Positions 8,010 to 16,894 are shown, counted from the stretch's first letter. The stretch is DNA of 32,000 nucleotides from Candidatus Nanosynbacter lyticus (GCF_030253515.1 NZ_CP124549.1:450001-482000); one strand, 5' to 3'. Notes: generated from the sequence alone by a model not told the origin. A program made the numbers and translations.

Positions 8010-8249
8010 GTGAAAGAAGGTAGTCCAAAAGTAGGGGCTTTGTTTGATATCCATACACTAAAGTCAATTGAGGACATTGAGCCCGTGGATCGTCCTGCTG
8101 AAATGAGTAGGCTCGCAAAATTAATAGAGGAGGAGCTTGAGAAAGATCCGAGCATTCCTCGCGCTTTGGGTGAAGTCGCTTTTCGTGAGGGCGTTGATCG
8201 CGAGACAATTTTACTAGGATATCGATACTCAACGCAAAAATCCGAGTAG
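8010..8249 (+). CDS. Hypothetical small acidic protein; start uncertain
   Basis: ORF 7902..8249 opens with TTG. A GTG at 8010 directly follows a very strong SD run, gaggaggaggt (about 7996-8006). See the finding on the in-frame upstream mini-ORF. Confidence 0.4.
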   Translation: MKEGSPKVGALFDIHTLKSIEDIEPVDRPAEMSRLAKLIEEELEKDPSIPRALGEVAFREGVDRETILLGYRYSTQKSE

Positions 8250-8351
8250 AGTATACTTCGTTATCGTTTATCCCATCCCCTTAAGTTTTAATAGCTACAC
8301 GCTCAATTATATGTGTTCTAGCCTGGCTGTCAGTGGCAACTACACAAATTA

Positions 8352-8360
8352 TGCTATAAT
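8352..8360 (+). promoter_or_regulatory. Extended -10 promoter (TGcTATAAT) of typA
   Basis: tgctataat at 8352-8360. It lies 42 nt upstream of the typA ATG. The predicted transcript would begin just before the GAGGAAGG-hairpin element. Confidence 0.5.
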
Positions 8361-8367
8361 TAGTATT

Positions 8368-8397
8368 GAGGAAGGTCTGCGGTAATATCAGACCATA
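8368..8397 (+). repeat. Copy B of the 30-nt direct repeat, located in the typA leader
   Basis: gaggaaGGTCTGcggtaatatCAGACCata. The stems at 8374-8379 and 8389-8394 are identical to copy A. It is followed by ttttt and the typA ATG at 8403. Confidence 0.8.
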
Positions 8398-8402
8398 TTT
8401 TT

Positions 8403-10226
8403 ATGAAGGACGCTAGCAAGATTCGAAATATTGCCATTATTGCCCACGTCGATCACGGCAAGACGACCATGGTTGATGGGCTGCTCAAACAGTCGCGCAC
8501 ATTCCGCGACAACCAGGCCGAGATGAGCCAAGAACTGATCATGGATTCGGGCGATCAGGAGCACGAACGCGGTATCACCATCACCGCCAAACAGACCTCG
8601 ATTTTTTACGGTGATTATAAAATCAATATCATCGACACGCCGGGACACGCGGACTTTTCAGGCGAGGTCGAGCGGACACTGCAGATGGCGGACGGTGTCT
8701 TGCTGATCGTTGATGCACAGGAAGGGCCGATGCCACAGACGAAGTTCGTGTTGAGCAAGGCGCTAGAACTGGGCTTGAGGCCGGTGGTGGTGATCAATAA
8801 AATTGACAAACCTGCCCGGCGAATCGCTGAGGTTGAAGATGAGCTGAGCGATCTATTTCTGGAACTAGCGACTGATGATAGCCAGCTACACTATCCGATT
8901 TATTATGCCGTTGGGCGCGATGGCAAGGCGTGGCGGGAGATCCCTGCTGACCCGAGCGAAGACGCCGATCTCACACCAATTTTTGAAGCAATTATCAACG
9001 ATATCCCGGCGCCGAGCGTCACGGCTGACGGCGGTTTTCAGATGCTGGTGACCAGCCTGCAGTACGACACCTTCCAGGGAAAATATGCCATCGGGCGGAT
9101 CGCTCGCGGGTCGGTCAAGCGCGGCCTCCAGGTTAGCTTGATAAAGCACGGCGAAGTGTCGGGTTCAGCGCGAATCGAGAAAGTTTTTGGTTACCGCGGG
9201 CTGAACCGCGAAGAGCTTGACGAGGCATTTGCTGGCGATATCGTGGCGCTGGTTGGCGTGAGTGAAGCGCACATCGGCGATACGATTGCTGACAAAGAGC
9301 AGCCCGAAGCCTTGCCGGCGATTGCCATTGAAGCACCAACGCTGAGCATGTACCTCGGCCCAAACACCAGCCCGATGAAAGGGCGCGAGGGCGAATTTAC
9401 CACCTCGCGGCAAATTGGCGACCGGCTGCGACGGGAACTAGAAACCAACGTGGCATTGCGCGTCGAAGAAAACGGCATCGGCTTTACGGTATCTGGCCGC
9501 GGCGAGCTGCACCTCAGCGTCTTGATCGAGACCATGCGGCGCGAAGGCTTTGAGTTTGAGGTTGGCCGTCCGCAAGTGGTCACCATCACCGAGGACGGCG
9601 TCGAAAAAGAGCCAATTGAAGAATTACAAATCGAAATTAGCAGTGAATTCATCGGTGCGATTAGTCAAGAACTGGGTGCGCGCCACGCTGAAATGAAGTC
9701 GCAGGAAACCACCACCAGCGGCGCTACTCGCATCACCTATGTGCTGCCGACCAGGGCATTAATCGGCCTGCGAAACGTGCTACTAACTGCCACCAAAGGC
9801 ACGGTGATTATGAACTCCTTGCCGCATGGCTATCAACCGCTGGGCGGCAAATTGCCAAAGACGCGCAGCGGCGTACTCATCGCCTTTGAAGCTGGCACGA
9901 CCACGCCGTACGCTCTGCAGGCGGCCGAGGCACGCGGCGAACTCTTGGTCGGGCCGGGCACGGAAGTCTACGCCGGCATGATCGTCGGTATTTATAACCG
10001 CCAAGAAGACATCGAAATTAACGTCTGCAAGGCTAAGCACCTCACCAACATACGCTCCAAATCGTCCGATGGCACGGTGCAGCTAACGCCATTTACGCAG
10101 TTTAGCCTGGAGCAATGCATCGACTTCATCGAGGACGACGAGCTGCTGGAAGTGACGCCAAAGTCCTTGCGCCTGCGTAAACGCTACCTTGATGCCAATG
10201 AGCGAAAGCGCGCCGCCAAGCGGTAG
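8403..10226 (+). CDS. typA: Translational GTPase TypA/BipA
   Basis: 607 aa. G motifs [17 protein letters not shown] and NKID are present. It has the EF-G-like domain layout and the typical TypA N-terminus [16 protein letters not shown]. No in-frame start lies upstream before the stop at 8367. Confidence 0.95.
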   Translation: MKDASKIRNIAIIAHVDHGKTTMVDGLLKQSRTFRDNQAEMSQELIMDSGDQEHERGITITAKQTSIFYGDYKINIIDTPGHADFSGEVERTLQMADGVLLIVDAQEGPMPQTKFVLSKALELGLRPVVVINKIDKPARRIAEVEDELSDLFLELATDDSQLHYPIYYAVGRDGKAWREIPADPSEDADLTPIFEAIINDIPAPSVTADGGFQMLVTSLQYDTFQGKYAIGRIARGSVKRGLQVSLIKHGEVSGSARIEKVFGYRGLNREELDEAFAGDIVALVGVSEAHIGDTIADKEQPEALPAIAIEAPTLSMYLGPNTSPMKGREGEFTTSRQIGDRLRRELETNVALRVEENGIGFTVSGRGELHLSVLIETMRREGFEFEVGRPQVVTITEDGVEKEPIEELQIEISSEFIGAISQELGARHAEMKSQETTTSGATRITYVLPTRALIGLRNVLLTATKGTVIMNSLPHGYQPLGGKLPKTRSGVLIAFEAGTTTPYALQAAEARGELLVGPGTEVYAGMIVGIYNRQEDIEINVCKAKHLTNIRSKSSDGTVQLTPFTQFSLEQCIDFIEDDELLEVTPKSLRLRKRYLDANERKRAAKR

Positions 10227-10304
10227 ACCCCGCCCCGACAAACTCCCGATTGATAAAATACATAAGAAACTTAAGTTACTATAGATTATCCCACGGTAAC
10301 ACGC

Positions 10305-10310
10305 TATACT
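10305..10310 (+). promoter_or_regulatory. -10 box TATACT, 7 nt before the trehalase ATG (leaderless layout)
   Basis: cgcTATACTtaaccatATG, with the ATG at 10318. No SD is present. Confidence 0.45.
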
Positions 10311-10317
10311 TAACCAT

Positions 10318-11916
10318 ATGCTTCCCAAAAAAACCACAACAATTATCAAGCGCACACTAGCCCGCACCGCCCAGCGCATTACGCCAATCGACCGCAAAGA
10401 CCCCGACGAAAAGCTCGGGCAGTTGTTTCATGAAGTGCAGTCGCACCGCGTGTTTGCCGATGGCAAAACATTTGTCGATCTCGTGCCGCGAAAGCGAGCC
10501 ACCCGCATCCTCCAGGAGTATCGCCTGGCCCGACGTGATCCGAACTTTCGGCTGGATGAATTTGTGAAGTTACATTTTTATGAATTTGAATCGCCGGTCA
10601 AAAAGGTGAGCTTTGTCCAGGCGGATTCTGCCAGGCAGCATGTCACCAATCTCTGGCCGCTGCTCATCCGTCATGCCCACAAGTCGAAAGGTTCGCTGAT
10701 TGCCCTGCCGCACGACTACGTGGTACCGGGTGGTCGGTTTGCCGAGCAATTTTACTGGGATACGTATTTTATCATGCTGGGCCTGGCAGTGGACGGCAAG
10801 TGGAAGTTGATCGACGGCATGATGAAAAATTATGTGTACATGATTCAGCGTTTTGGTTTCATCCCGACTGCCAATCGGACGTACTTTCTCAGTCGCAGCC
10901 AGCCGCCGTTTTTTGCAGCGATGGTCAAGCTCCTCGCCAGCAAACCCGGCCGGCGCGCCCCGAGTCTGACCTACCTCGAGTACTTTCCCTCGCTGCTGGC
11001 CGAATACAAATTCTGGATGAAGGGCCAACGCAAGCTTTCGAGTATCGACTTTATAGCCACCAACCGCGTCGTCGCTATGCCTGATGGTCAGGTGCTTAAT
11101 CGCTACTACGACGACAAGGCCACGCCGCGTCCAGAAAGTCGCCGCGAAGATATCGAAACCGCCAGGAATAGCCGCTCCGCCAACAAGGCCAAGGTCTACC
11201 TCGACCTGCGGGCCGGGGCTGAGAGTGGCTGGGACTTTAGCTCACGCTGGTTTGATGATCCGCATGACATTGAAACAATTATGACAACCGATCTCGTGCC
11301 GGTTGACCTGAACTGTTTGCTATATGAACTGGAGATGACGATCGCCCATTGTTACAGCGTACTGCGTCAGGCGCCGCTGAAGAAACGCTTCATCCGCCTG
11401 GCCGAGCGCCGCGCCGAGAGTATCCGCCAGCACTGTTGGAATGAAGCCAACGGCTTTTTCTATGATTATAATTTCCGCACCGGTCACCAGACGAACCATG
11501 CCACACTGGCCGGCGTCTTCCCGCTCTACAGTGGTATCGCCACCAAAAAACAAGCCAAGCACGTGGCCGAGAAATTAGAACGCGAGTTCTTGCGTGACGG
11601 CGGTCTGCGGACGACGCTGGTTGATAACGGCCAGCAATGGGACGCGCCGAATGGCTGGGCGCCGCTACAGTGGGTGGCGGTTTGCGGCTTGAAGCGGTAC
11701 GGGCTGGATGAGCTGGCGGAGGAAATTAGAAGGCGCTGGCTGGCTTCGACCGAACGCGTCTTTGCTGATCGGGGCAAGATGATCGAAAAATATGACGTTG
11801 ATAGCGAATCGCGCATTGGCGGCGGTGGTGAATATCCGTTGCAAGACGGCTTTGGTTGGACCAATGGCGTGTACGCGGCGCTGTATGATCGATTTGATGA
11901 GCGCTGCCCGAGATAA
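10318..11916 (+). CDS. Trehalase (GH37); no signal peptide, so probably cytoplasmic
   Basis: Both GH37 signatures are present: PGGRFAEQFYWDTYF and QQWDAPNGWAPLQ. RSQPPF and ESGWDFSSRW are also present. The N-terminus is basic and hydrophilic. Confidence 0.9.
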   Translation: MLPKKTTTIIKRTLARTAQRITPIDRKDPDEKLGQLFHEVQSHRVFADGKTFVDLVPRKRATRILQEYRLARRDPNFRLDEFVKLHFYEFESPVKKVSFVQADSARQHVTNLWPLLIRHAHKSKGSLIALPHDYVVPGGRFAEQFYWDTYFIMLGLAVDGKWKLIDGMMKNYVYMIQRFGFIPTANRTYFLSRSQPPFFAAMVKLLASKPGRRAPSLTYLEYFPSLLAEYKFWMKGQRKLSSIDFIATNRVVAMPDGQVLNRYYDDKATPRPESRREDIETARNSRSANKAKVYLDLRAGAESGWDFSSRWFDDPHDIETIMTTDLVPVDLNCLLYELEMTIAHCYSVLRQAPLKKRFIRLAERRAESIRQHCWNEANGFFYDYNFRTGHQTNHATLAGVFPLYSGIATKKQAKHVAEKLEREFLRDGGLRTTLVDNGQQWDAPNGWAPLQWVAVCGLKRYGLDELAEEIRRRWLASTERVFADRGKMIEKYDVDSESRIGGGGEYPLQDGFGWTNGVYAALYDRFDERCPR

Positions 11917-11917
11917 T

Positions 11918-13093
11918 CTAACGTTTCGGCGGACGCGGAATATCTTCTGGTAGAAATCCCTTTTCGTGCTGGAAGCCAGCCTGCCATTGGTAATCTTTAT
12001 TGTAGCCTAGCTCTTTCATCAGCTTGGTTGGGGCGTTACGAAGGTGGAGTGGCACCGGTGAGTTTGGGTACTTGTGCGCCAGAGAAAAGGCGTCATTCAT
12101 CAGATCAGTAATTTCGCGCGATTTCTGGCTGCGCGCCAGAGCGATGGCGCAGTGAAATAAATTATATTTAGCTTCCGGGAGCCCGACGCGCTCGACTGCC
12201 TCAAAGGTAGCGACCGCCAGACTCAGCGCGCCGTTGCCCGCTAATCCGATATCCTCCGACGCAAAAACCACCATCCGCCGCGCGATAAACTTCGGATCTT
12301 CGCCAGCGTTAATCATCCGCGCCAAATAATACGCCGCAGCTGTCGCATCACTACCACGCAGTGACTTGATAAACGCCGAGATGACGTCATAATGCGCATC
12401 GCCCTTTTTGTCATAGCCCGGTAGCCGTCGCTGGGCCGCTGCTTTGACCACCTCGGGCGTGACTTTACCGCCAAAACTCAGTGCCAATTCCAAATTACCC
12501 AGTGCCACCCGCGCGTCGCCGTCCGCTAATTCCGCCAGATAGTCCAGCGCTTTGGGTGATACCCGCTTGGTTTGTTTCAAAACCTTGAGCGCCCGCTTCA
12601 GTACCAATACAATTTCATCTTTGGTCAGCTGCTGGAGCACCAGCACCCGCGTCCGACTGAGCAGCGGCGTGATCACCTCGAAGCTTGGATTCTCGGTGGT
12701 CGCCCCAATCAAGGTGATCAGCCCGCTCTCGACATGCGGCAAAAACGCGTCTTGTTGTGCCTTGTTGAAGCGATGAATTTCATCAACAAATAGAATCGTC
12801 CTGAGGCCCAAGTTCCAATTCTGCCTGGCGTGCTCAATGACCTGTTCGACATCTTTCTTGCCACTAGTCACCGCCGACAACTCGACGAACTCCGCATTAA
12901 CCTCACGAGCGATAATCCGCGCCAATGTCGTCTTGCCCGTGCCTGGCGGCCCCCACAAAATCAAGCTGACCGGTTCGCCGCGCCGGGCAATTTGGCGCAG
13001 CAACTCACCCTCGCCCAGTAAATGACTCTGCCCGATTACTTCATCCAGGGTTTGCGGCCGCATCTGCTCCGCCAGGGGTTGTCGCGCATCCAT
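11918..13093 (-). CDS. rarA: Replication-associated recombination protein A (AAA+ ATPase)
   Basis: Walker [10 protein letters not shown] and Walker [10 protein letters not shown] are present, along with the MgsA/RarA C-terminal region. The ORF extends to a TTG at 13102, but the ATG at 13093 overlaps the upstream stop as TAATG. Confidence 0.9.
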   Translation of the reverse strand: MDARQPLAEQMRPQTLDEVIGQSHLLGEGELLRQIARRGEPVSLILWGPPGTGKTTLARIIAREVNAEFVELSAVTSGKKDVEQVIEHARQNWNLGLRTILFVDEIHRFNKAQQDAFLPHVESGLITLIGATTENPSFEVITPLLSRTRVLVLQQLTKDEIVLVLKRALKVLKQTKRVSPKALDYLAELADGDARVALGNLELALSFGGKVTPEVVKAAAQRRLPGYDKKGDAHYDVISAFIKSLRGSDATAAAYYLARMINAGEDPKFIARRMVVFASEDIGLAGNGALSLAVATFEAVERVGLPEAKYNLFHCAIALARSQKSREITDLMNDAFSLAHKYPNSPVPLHLRNAPTKLMKELGYNKDYQWQAGFQHEKGFLPEDIPRPPKR

Positions 13094-13938
13094 TACCACC
13101 AATTATCCTCTCGCGGCCGATACTGCGAAAAGTGCGAGAAACAATCAGCCGGCCGCCGCCCGAGCGGTTTTGCCTGCAGACGTAACCCTCGATCAATCTG
13201 CTGAGCGCTTCCGCAGACTGCCGCAAACTCCGGTGACGCCACGTACTCTCGCCACGTCATCCCATCCAGCGGCACATACTGCTCCAACATATCCAGCGTC
13301 GTTTGATGCATGCTATCTGCCTCCGCTTGACCAGCCTTGCGACCAGACCAGCGCCGCCCAGGCGCCGTCATTTCCGGCGGCAACACGCAGCCAGCCCAGT
13401 GTAGAACCTGCGCCGCTGCTCCATTGACCAGACCAGCGCCGCCAGAGCAGTGACTAGTCAGTCGCACAAGTGCCGCGTGACGTTCCGCCTCATCAGTGGT
13501 CAGCGGTACGGCTGATGTACGACCAGTCTTAACCGCCATCTCGTATGCTAGTTTCTTTTGATCAAGCATTGCAAGCAGATCGTACAGCTGTGCACCACCA
13601 TCCTTAGCATTACCAGCCAGCTGCGGCAGATTCTTAATCGCCCCCTGGAGAAGATTAGCTTCACATTCACTATACTCTTGCAATCGAATAGCCCGAGATA
13701 TCTGCCCCAAGCCACCCACCGCTACCGCTATACCACCAAAAAATGTCATCTGCCGACCAGCTTCTGATAACACGTTGTGCCACACTTCACCTGACAAGGT
13801 CGTTAACATACCGGCAATCGTACCAATATTACCGACGACCCCACACCTAGCACACTCAGCTACCGAGTCACTACCGCCAATGACCTCAGGCGTCAGCGAT
13901 CTATTGAGCCTCTTATTCCCGTTATCCGCCATCATCAT
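13093..13938 (-). CDS. Hypothetical protein (281 aa) translationally coupled to rarA
   Basis: Composition matches the core genes. It has a Gly-rich hydrophobic stretch (MTFFGGIAVAVGGLGQI). I recognise no domain. Three consecutive ATGs lie at 13938, 13935 and 13932. Confidence 0.6.
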   Translation of the reverse strand: MMMADNGNKRLNRSLTPEVIGGSDSVAECARCGVVGNIGTIAGMLTTLSGEVWHNVLSEAGRQMTFFGGIAVAVGGLGQISRAIRLQEYSECEANLLQGAIKNLPQLAGNAKDGGAQLYDLLAMLDQKKLAYEMAVKTGRTSAVPLTTDEAERHAALVRLTSHCSGGAGLVNGAAAQVLHWAGCVLPPEMTAPGRRWSGRKAGQAEADSMHQTTLDMLEQYVPLDGMTWREYVASPEFAAVCGSAQQIDRGLRLQAKPLGRRPADCFSHFSQYRPREDNWW

Positions 13939-13942
13939 TTTT

Positions 13943-13951
13943 ATTATATCA
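13943..13951 (-). promoter_or_regulatory. Extended -10 box TGaTATAAT, 4 to 10 nt before the triple ATG (leaderless layout)
   Basis: The reverse complement of 13943-13951 is tgatataat. It is followed by aaaa and then ATGATGATG. Confidence 0.45.
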
Positions 13952-13985
13952 CGCCATAAATTCGCCCCGCCAAGGTGTGATGCGC

Positions 13986-13991
13986 TATACT
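13986..13991 (+). promoter_or_regulatory. -10 box TATACT, 6 nt before the ddl ATG (leaderless layout)
   Basis: gcgcTATACTagggtaATG, with the ATG at 13998. It is divergent from the promoter at 13943-13951. Confidence 0.45.
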
Positions 13992-13997
13992 AGGGTA

Positions 13998-15032
13998 ATG
14001 GATAGATTACGCGTTCTCCTCATATTTGGCGGCGAGTCATCCGAGCACGAGGTCTCGATCAATTCCGCCACTAATGTGCTAGCGGCGCTGGACACAGCAC
14101 GCTACGACATCAAACTATGCTACATCGACCGTGCTGGTCAGTGGCGGCTCGTCGAGACGATCGAGGCACGCAATCAGTCAAGCCCACACTTAGCACCGCA
14201 ACTCGGCCAGCGCTCACTGCTCATCGACGGTGTTGACCCGCTGCCGATTGATGTGATAATTCCGGTGCTTCATGGCAAAAACGGCGAGGACGGCAGTGTG
14301 CAGGGCCTGGCGCAGCTACTTCATATTCCCTATGTCGGCCCGAGTCTCCTTTCGGCGGCTGTCACCATGGACAAAGACATGACCAAGCGGCTGGCGCTCG
14401 GCGCTCACGTTCCGGTTGTACCGTGGCGAACGCTAGCGAATGATGCGCCGCGACCGACCTTTGCCGAGATAGCTGATGAGCTTGGTGCGCCTGTTTTCAT
14501 CAAGCCATCCCGCGCCGGCTCGTCCGTCGGTGTCAGCAAAGTCCACTCGGCCGAAGCATTCACCGCCGCGCTTGATGAAGCCTTTCGCCACGACGACACC
14601 GTATTGATAGAACAAGCGATTACCGCCCGCGAGCTTGAGCTGGCTGTCCTCGGCCGCGGCACGTCCGCCCGCGTCAGTATGCCTGGTGAGATTCTTCCTG
14701 GCGAAGAGTTTTATAGCTACGACGATAAGTACAGCACCGCTAGCACTTCGCGCGTCATTATCCCCGCGGAAGTTGACGAGTCGGTGGCGACAGAACTGCA
14801 GCGCCTCGCGCTGGCCGCTTACCACGCGACTGGTGGACACGGCATGGCGCGAGTTGACTTTTTCCTTGATCCAATGGGCCAGATTTTTCTCAACGAAATT
14901 AACAGCATCCCCGGCTTCACCAACATCAGTATGTATCCAAAGCTCTGGGAAGCTTCGGGCCTCAGCCCACAGGCGCTGGTTGATGAGCTGATCCAGGAGG
15001 CGCTTGCCAGCCGCTCTATACGTGGCGTATAA
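13998..15032 (+). CDS. ddl: D-alanine--D-alanine ligase
   Basis: N-terminus reads MDRLRVLLIFGGESSEHEVSINSA. It has the ATP-grasp layout. C-terminal NEINSIPGFT motif is present. The track ORF starts at 13977, but the ATG at 13998 fits the family N-terminus. Confidence 0.9.
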   Translation: MDRLRVLLIFGGESSEHEVSINSATNVLAALDTARYDIKLCYIDRAGQWRLVETIEARNQSSPHLAPQLGQRSLLIDGVDPLPIDVIIPVLHGKNGEDGSVQGLAQLLHIPYVGPSLLSAAVTMDKDMTKRLALGAHVPVVPWRTLANDAPRPTFAEIADELGAPVFIKPSRAGSSVGVSKVHSAEAFTAALDEAFRHDDTVLIEQAITARELELAVLGRGTSARVSMPGEILPGEEFYSYDDKYSTASTSRVIIPAEVDESVATELQRLALAAYHATGGHGMARVDFFLDPMGQIFLNEINSIPGFTNISMYPKLWEASGLSPQALVDELIQEALASRSIRGV

Positions 15033-15056
15033 TTTCCTTATAAACAGGAGGTCAAT

Positions 15057-15800
15057 ATGGAAATAGTAGCAGTAATTTTAGTCATCGTACTGATGTTTGT
15101 ACTGAGCGGCATTAAGGTAGTTAACCAATACCAGCGCGGTGTAGTACTGACGCTGGGTAAGTTTACTGGCGTGCGCGAACCGGGCCTAAGGGTGGTGATA
15201 CCGATTTTTCAGACGATGATGATGGTCGACGTGCGTTCGACGCCGATTGACGTGCCGAAACAAGAAGTCATCACCAAGGACAACGTCACCGTCGGTGTTG
15301 ACGCGGTGGTCTACTTCCGTGTGATTAACGCGCCAAAAGCGGTGCTGGAGACGACCAACTACATTTACGCCACCAGCCAATTTGCCCAGGCTGCCCTGCG
15401 CGACGTCACTGGTAACGTTGATATGGACGATCTCTTGGCCAAGCGCGAGGAGATTTCACAGCAAATCAAGGAAATTGTTGATGCCGAGACCGACAAATGG
15501 GGTATCGATGTTGAGAATGTCAAGATTCAGAATATCGAACTGCCTGGCGACATGAAGCGCGCTATGGCCAAACAGGCCGAAGCCGAGCGCGAGCGCCGCG
15601 CCAACATCATTAACGCCGACGGCGAAAAGGCTGCCGCCGAGACACTGGCACAAGCCGCCGAGATCCTGGTAAAAACCCAAGGCGCCATTAACCTGCGTAC
15701 CCTGAACACGCTGGAACGTATCTCCACCGAGCCGTCACAAAAAACGATGATGCTCTTCCCAATTGAACTGATTGACGCGATCCGCGGCGGTAAGAAATAG
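15057..15800 (+). CDS. SPFH/band-7 (stomatin-like) membrane protein
   Basis: It has an N-terminal TM helix, then IKVVNQYQRGVVLTLGKF and the rest of an SPFH core, then an Ala/Glu-rich coiled coil. The SD aggagg lies 5 nt before the ATG. Confidence 0.85.
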   Translation: MEIVAVILVIVLMFVLSGIKVVNQYQRGVVLTLGKFTGVREPGLRVVIPIFQTMMMVDVRSTPIDVPKQEVITKDNVTVGVDAVVYFRVINAPKAVLETTNYIYATSQFAQAALRDVTGNVDMDDLLAKREEISQQIKEIVDAETDKWGIDVENVKIQNIELPGDMKRAMAKQAEAERERRANIINADGEKAAAETLAQAAEILVKTQGAINLRTLNTLERISTEPSQKTMMLFPIELIDAIRGGKK

Positions 15801-15824
15801 CACGCCTCGCACGGTTGATTGCAC

Positions 15825-16667
15825 ATGATGGAGCTGCTTCAAACGTCCCGCGGTACGATCGAATATCGATATGACATGCACGGCTCGTTAACGGTTCTCG
15901 TTTTGAACGGTGGTCACACGACTGCCGCCATGCGTACGGGTGAGGATTACTTCGTTAGTCGCGGCTATTCAATCCTCAGCGTCAGCCGACCCGGCTATGG
16001 TGGGACAGATACGGCGCTTAGCAAAACCTATGGCGAGTTCGAACAGGCGACAAACGAGTTGCTAGAGCAGCTCGGGATTGAGCGTGTCATCCTGGTCGGC
16101 ATATCGGCTGGCGGCAGAGCGGCGATGCGGTTCGCCGAGCTTCACCCCGACAGCGTTGATAAACTCGTCCTGATGAGCGCGGTGAGTTTCAAGAAATGGC
16201 CTAGTCAAAGTACTCGTATGGCAGCCCGTATCGCGTTTAATCCTGTGCTCGAACATGTAACGTGGGCAGTGATGCGCTGGCTGCTCCGCAGATGGTCGCG
16301 AAAAATAGTCAGTTATTTGTTTCAACAACTCACGACATTGGACGCGCGTGACGTGCTTGCTAGCTACCCGCCGTCGTCTATCGATGCAATCGCGTCGATG
16401 TTTATGCAATTTCGCTCTGGCAGTGGGTTCATGAATGACATTAGTCGGCGTTTGATGAAGGGTAATCCCGAAACTATCACACAACCGACGCTTATACTGC
16501 ATAGTAAGTATGATGGTTCGGTTCCGCTAGACCATCCGCTTCACACCGCGAAGCAGATCAAGCACGCCGTGCTTTCCATCAATAATACCGAATCGCACGT
16601 GATGTGGTTGAGCCCTAGGTGGATGGAAGTCGAAAATACGCTCGATGAGTTTCTCGCTTCAAAGTGA
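15825..16667 (+). CDS. Alpha/beta hydrolase
   Basis: Nucleophile elbow VGISAGG (GxSxG). Size is typical of the fold. The track ORF opens with a TTG at 15819, and the first ATG is at 15825. Confidence 0.7.
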   Translation: MMELLQTSRGTIEYRYDMHGSLTVLVLNGGHTTAAMRTGEDYFVSRGYSILSVSRPGYGGTDTALSKTYGEFEQATNELLEQLGIERVILVGISAGGRAAMRFAELHPDSVDKLVLMSAVSFKKWPSQSTRMAARIAFNPVLEHVTWAVMRWLLRRWSRKIVSYLFQQLTTLDARDVLASYPPSSIDAIASMFMQFRSGSGFMNDISRRLMKGNPETITQPTLILHSKYDGSVPLDHPLHTAKQIKHAVLSINNTESHVMWLSPRWMEVENTLDEFLASK

Positions 16668-16894
16668 TAAGGGCGCCGCTTAAATCATTATTCTGCCAAG
16701 TTCAGTGATTGCCTGGCTTCTTCGTTGCACGAGGCGGTCGCGACATTTCGGGGGCTGGTCGAGCAACGAAAGGATACACTTAGGCATACAGCTGCGGACG
16801 CCTGTTGAGATGTTGCAGAGGTGGTGAGGTGGTACGATAGATATACACGATCAGCAGACTATGTATTCAAAGTGGCTATCGCTACTTGAAAATA

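Noticed and set aside
16721-16770. A long imperfect hairpin lies in the 218-nt spacer after the alpha/beta hydrolase gene. ttcgttgc pairs with gcaacgaa, and cga pairs with tcg. An open 45-codon frame without an ATG is also present.
   Set aside because: No U-tract lies on either strand, so it is not an intrinsic terminator. I see no recognisable riboswitch or RNA-family motif and no credible start codon. I could not support any call.
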